From positions 310,001 to 374,000 of the forward strand of contig VJWM01000007.1 of NCBI GenBank assembly GCA_010909165.1: a stretch of DNA of 64,000 nucleotides, in the 5' to 3' direction. The translations under genes and the position numbers were made by a program. Positions 1 through 11,948 of this stretch are shown piece by piece. Source of the stretch: Anthoceros angustus. Taxonomy: Eukaryota > Plantae > Anthocerotophyta. Under the pieces are notes generated by a model, which was not told the DNA's origin, ran no database searches, and was given only the letters and a program-made list of their open reading frames with translations. Position 1 is the stretch's first letter. Each line of letters opens with the position of its first letter.

Positions 1-1915
1 AACCCCTCGAAACCATCAAGAATAAATGTCGAGAAAGGAGGGAAGTCCTTCCGAGCATCCACTGATAACATGTCCCTAGCTTGCCTCAAGGACGTTTGGA
101 GAGAGAAGGTTCCCTCCTCCACACCTGATACGAGATCCTCCAGAAAGGGCCTGTCATGGAGGATGAACCGAGAAGCCAAAGCAGGCAGAGGGCCCAATCG
201 CCTGTGAAAGCCGCCGGGAAGAGACCTCCGAGAGTGCACTGTGCCTCCAAATTGCATGTAGGGACGCTTGCCGGGCCGACGCCCATAGGGCACTCAAAAG
301 CCCCGAGCCTGGATGTCCCCGAGAGTATCCATAATCTTCCTATCAAACCGCCGCAGCCGGGACAAAAGTGTCGGGGATGGAGGCAACGTACGGATGAGGT
401 AACCAGGGCGCCTAGCAAAACAGGAGGAAAGAATTCCAAAGGCCACATGTGCATCCTCCAAAGAAAGGGAGGTCCTCGACATGGGAGAGGTCCTCAGAGC
501 CCGTCCAGAAGCTCCCGATGAAGTCGGGAACCAAGGGGACCCCTAGAATCAGAACAGCCGGAGCAATCTCCCAGTGAGATTGCAAAGTAGGTAGAATCCC
601 GACGGAGACCGACGCTGCACTTGGATGCCTTGACCTTCAAGCCCACCAGAAGCTCATGAGAGAAGAGCTCAAAGGCCTCCTTAACTTTGTCCCTGTGCCC
701 GAGGATGTGAGAGTCGCCCCACAAGGGAAGACACAACAAGGCTGAGAAGGCGGCCCTAGATAGGGCCCTATAGTGAGCAATGGCGAAGAGAGCACCGCCT
801 AGGGGGTCGCCTTGCCTGGTACCTGTGGCCGATTCCAAGACAGTAGACAAGAACTCAAGAGACGTCAGGCCGGTAGTAGAGGTTGGAGGACCTCCGTAGA
901 AGCACCGACAAAAGGTATAAGGCTCCCAACGCCGCCAAGATCCCTAAGCTCCTCAAGATGACGCCCTAGAAATGGTATTGAAGGCGCTCGACATCAACTC
1001 AGAAGACCACCCACCCGGTGGGTATCAAGGCATGCCTTCACTCCAAGCACCATGCACTCACTGAGTGGCAATGCCAAATTGAAGGGGTTGAGGTGTCAAG
1101 AAGAGCGCAATCAAGGGCAATAGTGTGGTGAGTAGTCGCATGAAGGCTTCTCATGAGTGGGCGACGCCTGAGCGTGTGCTTGTCCATAGCGACAAGCCGC
1201 TAGCCGCAAGAACATGGGAAATCCGGTGAGGCGTCTCACCCCGAGCCACCGCAGCGGCCAGAGAAAAGAGCTCTGGGAAGCCGCTAGATGGATCTTCGGG
1301 GAGAAAAAGGTCCCTGAGGTGTTCAAACACCATTCCTGACAACCCGGCAGATGAAAGACGTGGGGTCGTAGAGAGTGCCAGAGCAAAAGCTGCCCGATCC
1401 AGAGAGAAGGGATCCTCCGGGACGTAGTCAGATATGTCCGGGGGGATGGCATCCTTGGGAGCTGGATGGAGGGCACGGAGGGCAACAATGGTCTCCTCGA
1501 GCGGGGCTAGGGAGGGTCAAGAGCCTGGCAACATGAGCATACCACCGCTCGCTCGGCTTGCAACGACGCAGGTTTGTTGCATTACCCGGACTGCTCCAAC
1601 CTGCGGATTCCGCCCGAGCCTTGGCAGCACGCAAAGCCTCCTCCTGGAGGGATGCCCAGTCACCAGCCCGAAAGCGCCGAAGACGGCTAGCAACTTCCCG
1701 ATGCCCAGAAGCCCCACCCCTAGAACACCGAAGGCACCACCGGGGGAGAAGCAGGAGAAGGCACCAAGCTAACTCGTCCTGGGGATCGAGCGCAAGGCGA
1801 TCCAAGGGAAGACGGAACGCCAAACGGGCATCATCATGAAGGTGGCGGGGAAGCCTGCGGAAGATGCGCGGGCATGGAAAGCGGGTTTCAAACATCCCAA
1901 GTATGTGATCCAGCT
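1..1915 (-). mobile_element. Degenerate, 5'-truncated non-LTR retrotransposon, CRE/SLACS-like clade (RT region); continues beyond the left window edge
   Basis: Broken minus-strand frames encode AWCLLLLLPRWCL...RLRRFRAGDWASL (1428-2078 ORF), FPELFSLAAAVARG (1151-1342), the RT motif GTRQGDPLGGALF plus LKVKASKC (494-850), AFGILSSCFARRPGYLIRTLPP (294-482) and PAAFTGDWAL. Several frameshifts are present. The clade call is from recalled motif similarity. Confidence 0.72.
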
Positions 1916-3218
1916 GACCCCGCATTGCATTGTGCTGGTTGTTGTAAGTATCTAATGGGAGCTGAGATTGCCATTTCCTACATCTACAGATCCTGCATAG
2001 TTGCTTGGATCGAACTCGGTGATTGGTTGAAGATCGATGTACTTGGAGTTTGGGGAAGAAACTGGAGTAGCTGCCCACAAGTTTAGGCTAAAAAGCAATC
2101 AGTCGAAAGGGTGCAGTCTTAGAGCATTTGCATGTGTAGGAAAAAGCGGTCTGAGCTGTCCTAAGATGCTTACAATAACTAGCACAATGCAATGGAATAA
2201 CGACAAGGTGTGGGACAAGTATGTCTGTCTCTTTATAATCAAGAATATAATCTATCACAAGGCAGATATCGCAAATCCAAGTTTCAATGGATCCACAACT
2301 TCTACATATATAGATGTAGGCAGTCTTATATCTCACTATCTTCCTATTTCATCTTGACAATAGTATGCTAAATAATCCTTCTATTCTCTAGATATCACTT
2401 ACCTTTTTTTAACATTTATCCTAATATATAGATATGGAGTTGGGGACGTGGCAAATTAAGTATTTTACATTAGTATGAAAAATAAAAGAATATATAATTT
2501 TTTTGAGATATGTTAAAAATAAATAATAATAGAGCCTCTCGTATCCCTTGAGATAAACCATACAACCCAGCAAGCAACTTTCCCCTATGATAAGCCAGAC
2601 CTTAAACTTTTACGATTCCACATGCATCTATAATTTATGCTCTTTACGGTGCAACGCATTATCATGTAATGATAAGTTGGTGCCGCTCCAGCTGAATGGT
2701 AGGTCGAAATCAATTGCCGCTCCCAAAATCGTTGTACATACGTAACAAACTGCATTTAGTATTTGCGAAATGATATTTTCCCAAATGGCAGGCAAAGCTT
2801 TTTGCCTGAGGAGTGACGGAAGGCTACGAAACCTCAGTGAAACTCGTCTGACAGCAGTTGGTGAGCTAGTTGAGGATGCTGCTCTAGCTACCTAAACTAC
2901 GATAGGCTCTTTGTTGAGCTGGGCTGAGCCCCGCAGCAGGAATGGCTCATACAATCAATGGTGGTTACCCCCTCCCCTCAAAACTGTGGTGTAGGTGGTA
3001 ATCGAACAAGATGCCCAAACATTGCAGGAGCAAGTCACAGGCGGAGGGCTGCATCAACAGACAGCACAAGGCTCAGCAAGGTGGTGAGCAAAGCTGGGTG
3101 TCAAAAGCAGAGGCCAATAGCGGCTGGGCAGAGCACAATTCTGCTCCATTTGGAGCAAAGCATGCTGAAACCCTAGCTAGGCCAAAGCGAGGGATGCGGG
3201 GGGTGAAGTAAAAAAAAA

Positions 3219-4850
3219 TCAGGTGGAAATGATCCGAACGTCCGGCACATGGACAGGGAAGTTGTGAATGCAGGCAGCCCAGGGGCCAGCTTTGGGAGGC
3301 TGGATGGTGCGCAGGGCTCGCCAGACCGAACTGTTGCACTTGAAGCCACTGCCGAAGGCGATCTGCCACACCCTGTCCCCGCGCCGCACCCGCCCCTTGG
3401 CCTCCGTGTAGGCCAGCTCGTACCAGATGGAGGAGGAGGAGGTGTTGCCGAACCTGTACAGGGTCATCCGCGAGGCCTCCACGTGCTCCTTGGACAGCTG
3501 CAGGTTCTTCTCCAGCTCATCGATAACCGCCCGGCCGCCCGCGTGAATGCAAAAATGCTCAAAGGCGAGCTTGAAGTCGGGAATGTAAGGCTTGAGCTTG
3601 GCATTGAAGAGCTTCCTGGCAACCAGGGTAGCGAAGAAGAGAATCTGCTCCGAGAGCGGCAGCACGAGCGGTCCTAGAGTAGTGATGTTGGTCTTGAGCG
3701 CGTCGCCGGCAATGGCCATGAGATCCTTGGAGAGCGACACCCCGAGCTTCCCTTCCTCGTCCTCCTCCTGGTACACGCAGCGGAAGCACTTGCTATCCGC
3801 GCCCTTGTGCGTCCTCACCGTGTGCACCAGCTGGTACTTCGATCTCCGCCGGTCGGAGGCCTTGTTGGAGAGCAGAATTGCCACGCCCCCAACCCGGAAC
3901 AGGCAGTTGGGAATGAGCATGGAGCGGCGGTTCCCGAAGTACCAGTTCTGCGTGATGTTCTCCGTGCTCACCACGATGGCGTAGCTGCTCCGGTGCACCT
4001 GCAGCAAATCCTTGGCCAGATCCACCGAGATGACATTGGCGCTGCACCCCATTCCCCCCAGATTGTAGCTCCGGATGTTGCCCCGCATCCGGTACTTGTT
4101 GACGATCATGGCCGACAGCGAGGGCGTGGGATTGAAGAGGCTGCAATTCACCACCAGCACGCCGATGTCCTTGGGCGTCACCTTGGTCTGCGCGAAGAGC
4201 TGGTCCAGCGCCCCGAACATGACCGCCTCCGCCTCGGCGCGCGCCTCCGCCATGTTGATGGTGACCGGCACGCTGTGCAGCCCCGGCGGCAGGTACGTCT
4301 CCTCGCTCAGCCCCGAGCGCTCCAGGATCTTGCGCTGGAACTCCAGATTCTTTGGGTCGAACAGGCCCACCATCTCGGATCGCTTGATGAAGAGGCCGAA
4401 GGGCACCTTGAGCTCGTCCGGCGGCAGGTAGCAGGCGTAGTCGACGCAGTACACGGGCCGCGCCCGCGACATGAAGTACACCGTCCCCCCGAACACCAGC
4501 AATGCGGAGCACCCCAGCACGCTCACCAGGTTGAATTGCAGCTTCACCCACAGCCCCCACATCTCCTCCCTCCCCACCCGCGTCATCTCCAGCCCCACCC
4601 CCAGCACCAGCGGCACCACCAGCAGCGTCACCAGATGCGTGATCAGGTAGTGGTACCCCAGTTTCACATACTTGAGATTCACAGACTGCACGAAATCCGG
4701 CAGCCTCGCCCTCCGCGTCCCGCCGCCGCCGCCGCCATGGTGCCCATTCCCGTTCCCGTTCCACGCATTCCCGTTCCCGTTCATCAGCGCCGCCCTCTCG
4801 TTCTCGCTCTCCCTCTCCCTCTCCTTCTCCCGCGCCCGCTCCTCCTCCAT
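3219..4850 (-). CDS. KCS: 3-ketoacyl-CoA synthase (FAE1/KCS very-long-chain fatty acid condensing enzyme), intronless, ~543 aa
   Basis: ORF contains [21 protein letters not shown], two N-terminal hydrophobic segments, catalytic Cys in NLGGMGCSA, His in [15 protein letters not shown] and Asn in RFGNTSSSS. The ORF track starts at TTG 4895; the first ATG is at 4850. Confidence 0.97.
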   Translation of the reverse strand: MEEERAREKERERESENERAALMNGNGNAWNGNGNGHHGGGGGGTRRARLPDFVQSVNLKYVKLGYHYLITHLVTLLVVPLVLGVGLEMTRVGREEMWGLWVKLQFNLVSVLGCSALLVFGGTVYFMSRARPVYCVDYACYLPPDELKVPFGLFIKRSEMVGLFDPKNLEFQRKILERSGLSEETYLPPGLHSVPVTINMAEARAEAEAVMFGALDQLFAQTKVTPKDIGVLVVNCSLFNPTPSLSAMIVNKYRMRGNIRSYNLGGMGCSANVISVDLAKDLLQVHRSSYAIVVSTENITQNWYFGNRRSMLIPNCLFRVGGVAILLSNKASDRRRSKYQLVHTVRTHKGADSKCFRCVYQEEDEEGKLGVSLSKDLMAIAGDALKTNITTLGPLVLPLSEQILFFATLVARKLFNAKLKPYIPDFKLAFEHFCIHAGGRAVIDELEKNLQLSKEHVEASRMTLYRFGNTSSSSIWYELAYTEAKGRVRRGDRVWQIAFGSGFKCNSSVWRALRTIQPPKAGPWAACIHNFPVHVPDVRIIST

Positions 4851-7068
4851 CTCCGCTGCTCCTCCACACCTCCCACCTCCCACCTCCTTCCCCAAATCCC
4901 CTCTGCCCGGCTCTCAGCTCAGCTCAGAGCTCAGAGCCCAGAGCCCAGAGCTCCGAGCTCTGCTCGGGGAACAGGAGAAATGCGCGGGCACCACCAGCTC
5001 CCGCACTGCCGCAGCGCAGCGGGCAGGGCTGAGCTGCAGGCAGTTAAGCCCGTCGACAGACAGACTGACTGGAGAGAGACGGCCTGGCCCCATCGCCCTA
5101 GGTTTCACTCCCTGCCAAGTGCCAGCGCTGCAAGCCTGCCACGAACGAGAGTGCAATTCCCGTTTTACTGCTGCACCTGCAGTGTGGCGCGCCACGCTCC
5201 AGTCACCCGGCAGCCTCCGGTCGTTTTGACATGACCATTTCTGCCTCCCTTTCCACTCATGTGCACTGATGACTCCATGGCGGATGGTATAAATGCTTTT
5301 CTGCTTCCCGTCTGCACCGCCGGATACAAGCTTCCTGCAGGCTGCGAGTTTCTAAACCCTACGTCCCCGGGCGCTGTTTCTGCCTTTACAGCCTTGGCTG
5401 CCGCCTCGAGACCCCCGTCGGCGCCTCTTCCCGCCGACGTTGTCGGCATCCGGTACTCGGCTGCCAGCAACATCGGACAGCAGCTCCGAATATTCCTCCG
5501 CGCTTGCGAACGGCGAGGAAGAGGTGCTGCCCTGCCGCTGCCCCTGCCGCTGCCCGTGCCCCTGCCGGGATTTCCCCTTTCTCGTCGCCGGCTGGGCCTT
5601 GACCGTTTCACCCTCCTCGTCGCTGTCGGGCCCCGGCATCTCAGGGTCGCTGTCCAGCGCGGGCTCCATTAGCTCGCCGTCCGCTTCGGACTCCGGTTCC
5701 GATTCGTCGTCGCTGTGATTGCGGACTCTGGAATCGCGGCCGTCGTCGCGCCTCAGGACTGCGTCCAGTTTGTCGTAGTCGAACTCGCCGTCGCTGCTGT
5801 TGTTGTCGTCGTCCTCGTCGTCATCGGCCGAGTCCATGTCGGCACCCTCGTCCCGCTCCAGCAACGCCTCCACTTCCTCGTTGTCGCTGTCGTCTTGATC
5901 ACCGACGTCGTCGTCGTTCGTGATGACAGTGATGTCGTCCTCTCCTCTCCTCTCCTTCTCCTGCGCTCCTCCTCCATCTCCGCTGCTCCTCCACACCTCC
6001 CACCTCCCACCTCCTTCCCCAAATCCCTCTGCCCGGCTCTCAGCTCAGCTCAGAGCCAGAGCCAGAGCTCAGAGCTCTCTGCTCGGGGAACAGGAGAAAT
6101 GCGCGGGCACCACCAGCTCCCGCACTGCCGCAGCGCAGCGGGCAGGGCTGAGCTGCAGGCAGTTAAGCCCGTCGACAGACAGACTGACTGGAGAGAGACG
6201 GCCTGGCCCCATCGCCCTAGGTTTCACTCCCTGCCAAGTGCCAGCGCTGCAAGCCTGCCACGAACGAGAGTGCAATTCCCGTTTTACTGCTGCACCTGCA
6301 GTGTGGCGCGCCACGCTCCAGTCACCCGGGCAGCCTCCGGTCGTTTTGACATGACCATTTCTGCCTCCCTTTCCACTCATGTGCACTGATGACTCCCATG
6401 GCGGATGGTATAAATGCTTTTCTGCTTCCCCGTCTGCACCGCCGGATACAAGCTTCCTGCAGGCTGCGAGTTTCTAAACCCTACGTCCCCGGGCGCTGTT
6501 TCTGCCTTTACAGCCTTGGCTGCCGCCTCGAGACCCCCGTCGGCGCTTCCCGCCGACGTTGTCGGCATCCGGTACTCGGCTGCCAGCAACATCGGACAGC
6601 AGCTCCGAATATTCCTCCGCGCTTGCGAACGGCGAGGAAGAGGTGCTGCCTGCCGCTGCCCCTGCCGCTGCCCGTGCCCCTGCCGCTGCCCCTGCCGGGA
6701 TTTCCCTTTCTCGTCGCCGGCTGGGCCTTGACCGTTTCACCCTCCTCGTCGCTGTCGGGCCCCGGCATCTCAGGGTCGCTGTCCAGCGCAGGCTCCATTA
6801 GCTCGCCGTCCGCTTCGGACTCGGTTCCGATTCGTCGTCGCTGTGATTGCGGACTCTGGAATCGCGGCCGTCGTCGCGCCTCAGGACTGCGTCCAGTTTG
6901 TCGTAGTCGAACTCGCCGTCGCTGCTGTTGTTGTCGTCGTCCTCGTCGTCATCGGCCGAGTCCATGTCGGCACCCTCGTCCCGCTCCAGCAACGCCTCCA
7001 CTTCCTCGTTGTCGCTGTCGTCTTGATCACCGACGTCGTCGTCGTTCGTGATGACAGTGATGTCGTCC
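4821..7068. repeat. Tandem duplication of ~1.12 kb (copy 1 ~4821-5940, copy 2 ~5952-7068) spanning the KCS 5' end/upstream region and the NOC1 3' exon
   Basis: Near-identical blocks, e.g. cctcctccatctccgctgctcctccacacctccc at ~4841 and ~5968, and gatgacagtgatgtcgtcc at ~5922 and ~7050. The junction lies in a CTCCT-rich tract. The differences I noticed are mostly 1-bp homopolymer indels. Confidence 0.95.
5352..5940 (-). pseudogene. Duplicated orphan copy of the NOC1 C-terminal acidic exon
   Basis: ORF 5352-5996 encodes DDITVITNDDDVGDQDDSDNEE...SSSPFASAEEYSELL...RGRRV*. This matches the NOC1 tail but is disconnected from the upstream exons. Confidence 0.8.
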
Positions 7069-10000
7069 TCCTCCTCATCGTCTTGCTTTTGTTTCTTCCG
7101 AGATTTGCCCTTCAAGGAGGCCTTTGCCTGATAGAATTTGTGGAACACCACATCTTCGGGTGCGACATCCGCCTCCGCCATGGACGAGAACTGGGCTCCC
7201 ACTGGAAGCGTCGAGGCAGACTCCAACTGCGACAAAGTACCCAAGCACAGGTCACGCCAACTACTTCCTCATTCCACACATTTCAATCTGTTCCGGTGGA
7301 CTGCTGTTTTTGGCGACAGCATTGTGCGACTGATCAAAGACGACAGCCATGTGGGGGGACGAGCACTCACCGTCTGTGATGGATTGGAGGTGGACAACCC
7401 ATGCCATGTGCCTCCCTCCTTGCCTTTCCGGGCCTTCGGCTTCTTCTCTGCAAACCGATCCAGAAACACACCGAGAGCAAAATCTTGCAACGGGTCTCCT
7501 GAGTAGAGCACGTTTGAGCCAGAGAGCAGAGTTCGGGCCATAGCTGCCACTGATGGATGCACATGAACGCTCAAGGATGTAAGCTCCCACCAACACGTCT
7601 GATCTGCGTTACTGCGCACAGCCACCACACAACAAACGTTACTGACTCGCCAAATAGTCTACACGCTCACAGTCGTTACTACCTGTGAAACACTTCCATG
7701 ATACCATCATACAGGGTAGCGAAGATCCACATACCAGTAAGAAGGCTCTCGAAGAAGAGGGTTGTAAGCGTGCGTCTCCACTCGCACCTTTCCTTTCCCA
7801 TCAACGGGGCCCGCAGAAGTAGGTAGAAGCTGGCTATTGCGCAAGCCATCTCCCACCCCGGAAGTGACTTCACCCTTCCCTCTCTTGCTCCCTGAAGATC
7901 GCCGTTTCTTGGGGTGTTCCAGTGAGTCATCCGAACTAGCGTCATCTTCTTCGGAGTAATCAAAGTTTGCACGCTCCATATCTTCTGCTTCTGAGCCAGA
8001 ATTCTCATCCCCGTTGCCACCACGTGAGGCTGCATCATCGCCTTCACTTGACTTGCTGCTTTGCTGATCACGACGTTGCAAGTCTTTCGTTGCAGCTGCA
8101 CCATCCTCGTTATCATCCAGAACATCAACAAAGTGCTCGTCCTCCTCGTCGTTACTCTCCGGTTGAAGTATTGCATGCCTGGAGACATAGCCCCATCAGA
8201 TCAGCCAGTTTGGGCTTTCAAGCGGCATAAAATGCCTGCATAACTTCCCAAAATACCAGCACAACGGCATGGATGCTTACCATAGACTAGGTCGTCCTTT
8301 AAGAACTTCAGAAACAATCAACAAAGACCCACAAGCATATTGAGGCGGCTGCTGCATCGAGACCTGCAAAACCCAGCTCCTCAATCCACCTGCACGTTTT
8401 TTGTCAACATGTAGCTGATCGGATAAACACATAGGTGGGATCAGGGAACCGACCTGAAGCAAACGCTTCACAAACGCAGCAACCCGCTTTGAATTGATGT
8501 CAGACTTTATCGCCTTGAACATGAGACCTATGAACATCTCCACCTGCACGACACAAAGTTTATTCTCTGGAGAAGGAGCCATCTAGAGTATCTCAAATCA
8601 TATCCGCAGTCTTGAGTGGACCCTAACAGAGATGGATTCCACAAGCACAACTGACTATCTGCAAAAGAGTGAGGCATGCCACCTGACCTTTGAGGACTTG
8701 AAAAGCCCAGGCATTAGAAGAACGGCATAGAGCGCACGGTAGAAGCGGTCACTCATTGCCAAATTCTTGGACAACAGCTGATGAATTAGTATAAGGGCTT
8801 GCACCCCAATATTCAAATTCTCGGAGTGCACCTTTCCAGTAAACAAGCGATGTTTAACAATCAGGCCCCACGTCACACTTTTGTAGCAATATGAATAACC
8901 ACATCAACCAAAAAACAATTCGAAATGAAAATTACCAGCCGGAAAAGAAGAGGAGTATGCGATTCCACAACCCCATCCACCTCACCGGCGGCAACAAATG
9001 GGAAAGCTCTGTTGATACCCTGCAAAGCGTTACCGAATACATCATTAAATACTCCCACCTCCAGGGCTCTTCACACACCGGCACACACAAAAGAACTAGC
9101 AGATAGATAGACAAAAAAGACACACAATCAAGGCAAGTCCTGTACATCTCTGCTGGGATACAGCCTCCAAAGACGAAGCCCTGCCTACCGTAAGCAAGGC
9201 TGAAAGAAGCCGAGAATCTACTTCCGTTGGCCCATCCCTATCAGAACCTCCATTCTTCTTGTCCTTCTTGTTGTGCTTCCCTTTCACCTTTCCTTTCTGT
9301 TTGGATGTGGCTGCAGCTTGAGTTTGCTCCGTGGTAAGTGTCTGGTATGGATAACAATACGTAAGATATCTCCCTTTTGAATAGGAGACTTGAAAATGCG
9401 CAGCCAAAGTTGGTAAAATGCTCTCCTGCAAATTCAATCTCTCTCAAACTTACCTTGAACATGGCAAAGTACAAATCAACTAGACGTCTAGCAAGCTTTG
9501 GTCCGTCTCCTCTATTACCAAGGATGATTTGATTCAAGAAAACTACCTGCAAGCAAAGTTGACAAACTTGGATAGAAGCCCAAACACAATAAACATAATG
9601 CACAAAGAGCTATCATCCCAGTGAACCAAACGAATGACAAGGGTCATTGCGCATGTGCGCAGACAGATGCAGCTGCCACTTGGCTAAATCGTGGTGCCAT
9701 CCTACAGAGTGGCTGACATTTGGAAACATATAATCAGAGCAGTACCGCATAGTATCTTGCTCGCAAACCCACATGTGGTCGGAAAACAAAGGTGTCTACC
9801 TCGTCAATAACAACTCCCTGCTCATAAAGGTTAAAGAAAATCGTCAGCAATTACACTAGAAAGCAAGTACAATATCACGGTCGGAGAGAAGATCTGCGGC
9901 TCACAACAGCAGTACTGTCATCTACTGAACAGGATAGACATGAAGCATCTCGTACCTTCATGTTTGGGTGTTCAGAAAGAAGACATGAGAGCATATAGCT

Positions 10001-11814
10001 GGCATTAGAGGCCGTCTTCCTTTCTGGATCTCCAAGCTGGTTCAGGAAAGTAGAGAGAACCCCATGACAAAGTTTCTCGTGGAACTGTGTGAGAACTGAC
10101 ATTCCAGCACAGCAAGGCAAAGTCATTTTCGTCCAGCACATCACTATGTATGCCATTACCTTGTTCACTAAGGCTGACAGCAATCTCCTTTCTTGCTCAG
10201 GTTTTCCCTTCAGAAGGTCGTACACAGTCTGCAACATATCAGGGACAGATAGCATTACAATGTGTGGCAGGCACTCGACCTGCAAACGTACATTCACTTG
10301 TCTCAAACAAGATAAACAGAATAGCAGTTCCTGTAATAGGCGCTCACCCTAACTGCTTTCTCCTTCAGTATGGGCAGCGTATCCTTGGCAGCTTCTTCCA
10401 GAGTACTTACAAACTTGTCATACCTACGCTCATGCCACCACAAAAGTGCAGACAAAAAATGGACGGTGAGGAAGAAAACAGGCTGAAAAAGATATGGACA
10501 ACGAGACTGCTTGGGCAAGCAGGATCCATAACAAAGGCCACCCTCCCATGTGAGAGGTATGCAGAAAGACCAACCTACGCTTCAGAGAGTCTTCCCAGCA
10601 CCAATAAAGTAGCAAATCCTTCCCCTCCTTGGTTGCTGGCAAGGATGATAGCGGCTGTTGTGACAAGTATTTCAGCTTCCGCCCCGGCAGTAGACTGCAA
10701 GAGAACCACCATAAGAACAAAGCTTCAAGCAGCATATACGTCAAGGTACAGGGCAGCAGAAATTTCCTGGGCAACGCTTACGTACTTAGTAAGAAAGAGC
10801 TCCTTCAAAGCCAGAATGCCTGTGACAGCGTGTCGTTTACCTCCTTTTGAAGTCACCATCCCTGAAAGACACATCATTGCCTCTTATTACAAGATTTATC
10901 CACAGCAAAGGCTTGAATCCGGCAGTAAAAGGCTTCTGTAACGCACCTAGCAATGCGTCCAGACTTCGCAAATTCGCTATAGGATTATCCTGCAGCAGAA
11001 CAGTCATGGCAGCGACCTTGTCGGCTGATGTTCCGAACTTGCTTGCCTTGGCCACCCAACGTCTGTCACTATCCTTATCCTGGGACCTGGCATGATCAGA
11101 GGCTGCCTTTTCCAGCAGCTTATCCCCCTCCACCTTTTTTTCCTGCACCAACTTTTCCCATTCGCTCCGGTCTCCACCTTGAGCCGGCTGACTTGAACCA
11201 GCAATCCAGGCAATCCGTTCAGCTGCAGCGGCCGCAGCTTCGTACCAGAGGGACGAGGAGAATTGGCGAACCCTGGATACGCTCTTGTCGGTGTCGGTTG
11301 TCTTGCCCCTTTTCGGCCCTCTCTCGGCCTCCACGAAGGGAGATGCCCGTTTCCGGTCCTTGCGCATACTTCCATGCTGCGGGTCCGTGTCGGCATCGGA
11401 TTTGGCCTTGTTGCTGCGAGCTTGTGTCTGGACGGTTCCCTGCTGCTGTCTTCCAGCATGAGATTTGCCCTTGTTTCCGGGAGCTTGAGTCTCGACGGAT
11501 CCCTGCTGCCTCTGCCCCTTGTCAAAGTGGGGTTTTCCCTTGTTCCCCCGAGCTTGAGTGGGGGCAGCATCCAGCCTAGTAGAATCATCAGCAGGCAGTA
11601 TTTTGGCTTCCTTCTCCTTCTGCTTCTTCTTATGCTTGGGAGCAATGGGCCCGGACTTCCGAAAGTCGGAATCGTCGAACCCATCAAAGCCAGCTCCAGG
11701 AACTAGCCCCAAACTAGCTGCAAAAGAGGCGACTTCAGCCTGCAAACTCTCATCATTGACCACCTTCTTCTTAGCGGCAGGGGCCCGAGCAGGGTCACTC
11801 GTCTGGGCCGCCAT
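6474..11814 (-). CDS. NOC1: Nucleolar complex protein NOC1/MAK21/CEBPZ (CBF domain; Arabidopsis SWA2/EDA25-like), multi-exon; last exon frameshifted as assembled
   Basis: Exons encode SKFGTSADKVAAMTVLLQDNPIANLRSLDALL, LKGKPEQERRLLSALVNK-LGDPERKTASNASYMLSCLLSEHPNMK, NLNIGVQALILIHQLLSKNLAMSDRFYRALY, FIGLMFKAIKSDINSKRVAAFVKRLLQ and an acidic C-terminus ending in the FASAEEY motif. ATG at 11814; stop at ~6474. An apparent 1-bp deletion lies near 6820 relative to the duplicate copy. Confidence 0.93.
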
Positions 11815-11948
11815 AACCCGCTCCGCTGGTGGACGAGGCGGTCAACTGCCTGGGTTTAAGGCTGGCTGAATAGAGGCGGAAGTTAGGGTTTAAGCCTTTC
11901 CTCCCTCCCGGAAACGCCAAATATTGCATCTTCCAATTTGGTCCAGCT
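11815..11948. promoter_or_regulatory. 134-bp bidirectional promoter between NOC1 and the LSm10-like gene, containing a telo-box
   Basis: Divergent ATGs at 11814 (-) and 11949 (+). TTAGGGTTT (telo-box, reverse complement AAACCCTAA) at 11883-11891. Telo-boxes are established features of plant ribosome-biogenesis and RNA-processing promoters. Confidence 0.7.

Noticed and set aside
2037-3200. Small ORFs and a short hairpin between the CRE-like element and the KCS 3' end
   Set aside because: No coherent protein, tRNA or snoRNA structure was recognisable.
3249-5234. Long ORFs overlapping KCS (e.g. 3807-5234 +, 3793-4869 -)
   Set aside because: Shadow ORFs produced by high GC3 codon bias in the KCS CDS; no recognisable domains.
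5753-6022. Chimeric ORF starting at the duplicated KCS ATG (MEEERRRR...)
   Set aside because: It enters the NOC1-derived sequence out of frame and is short; no support for a functional fusion.
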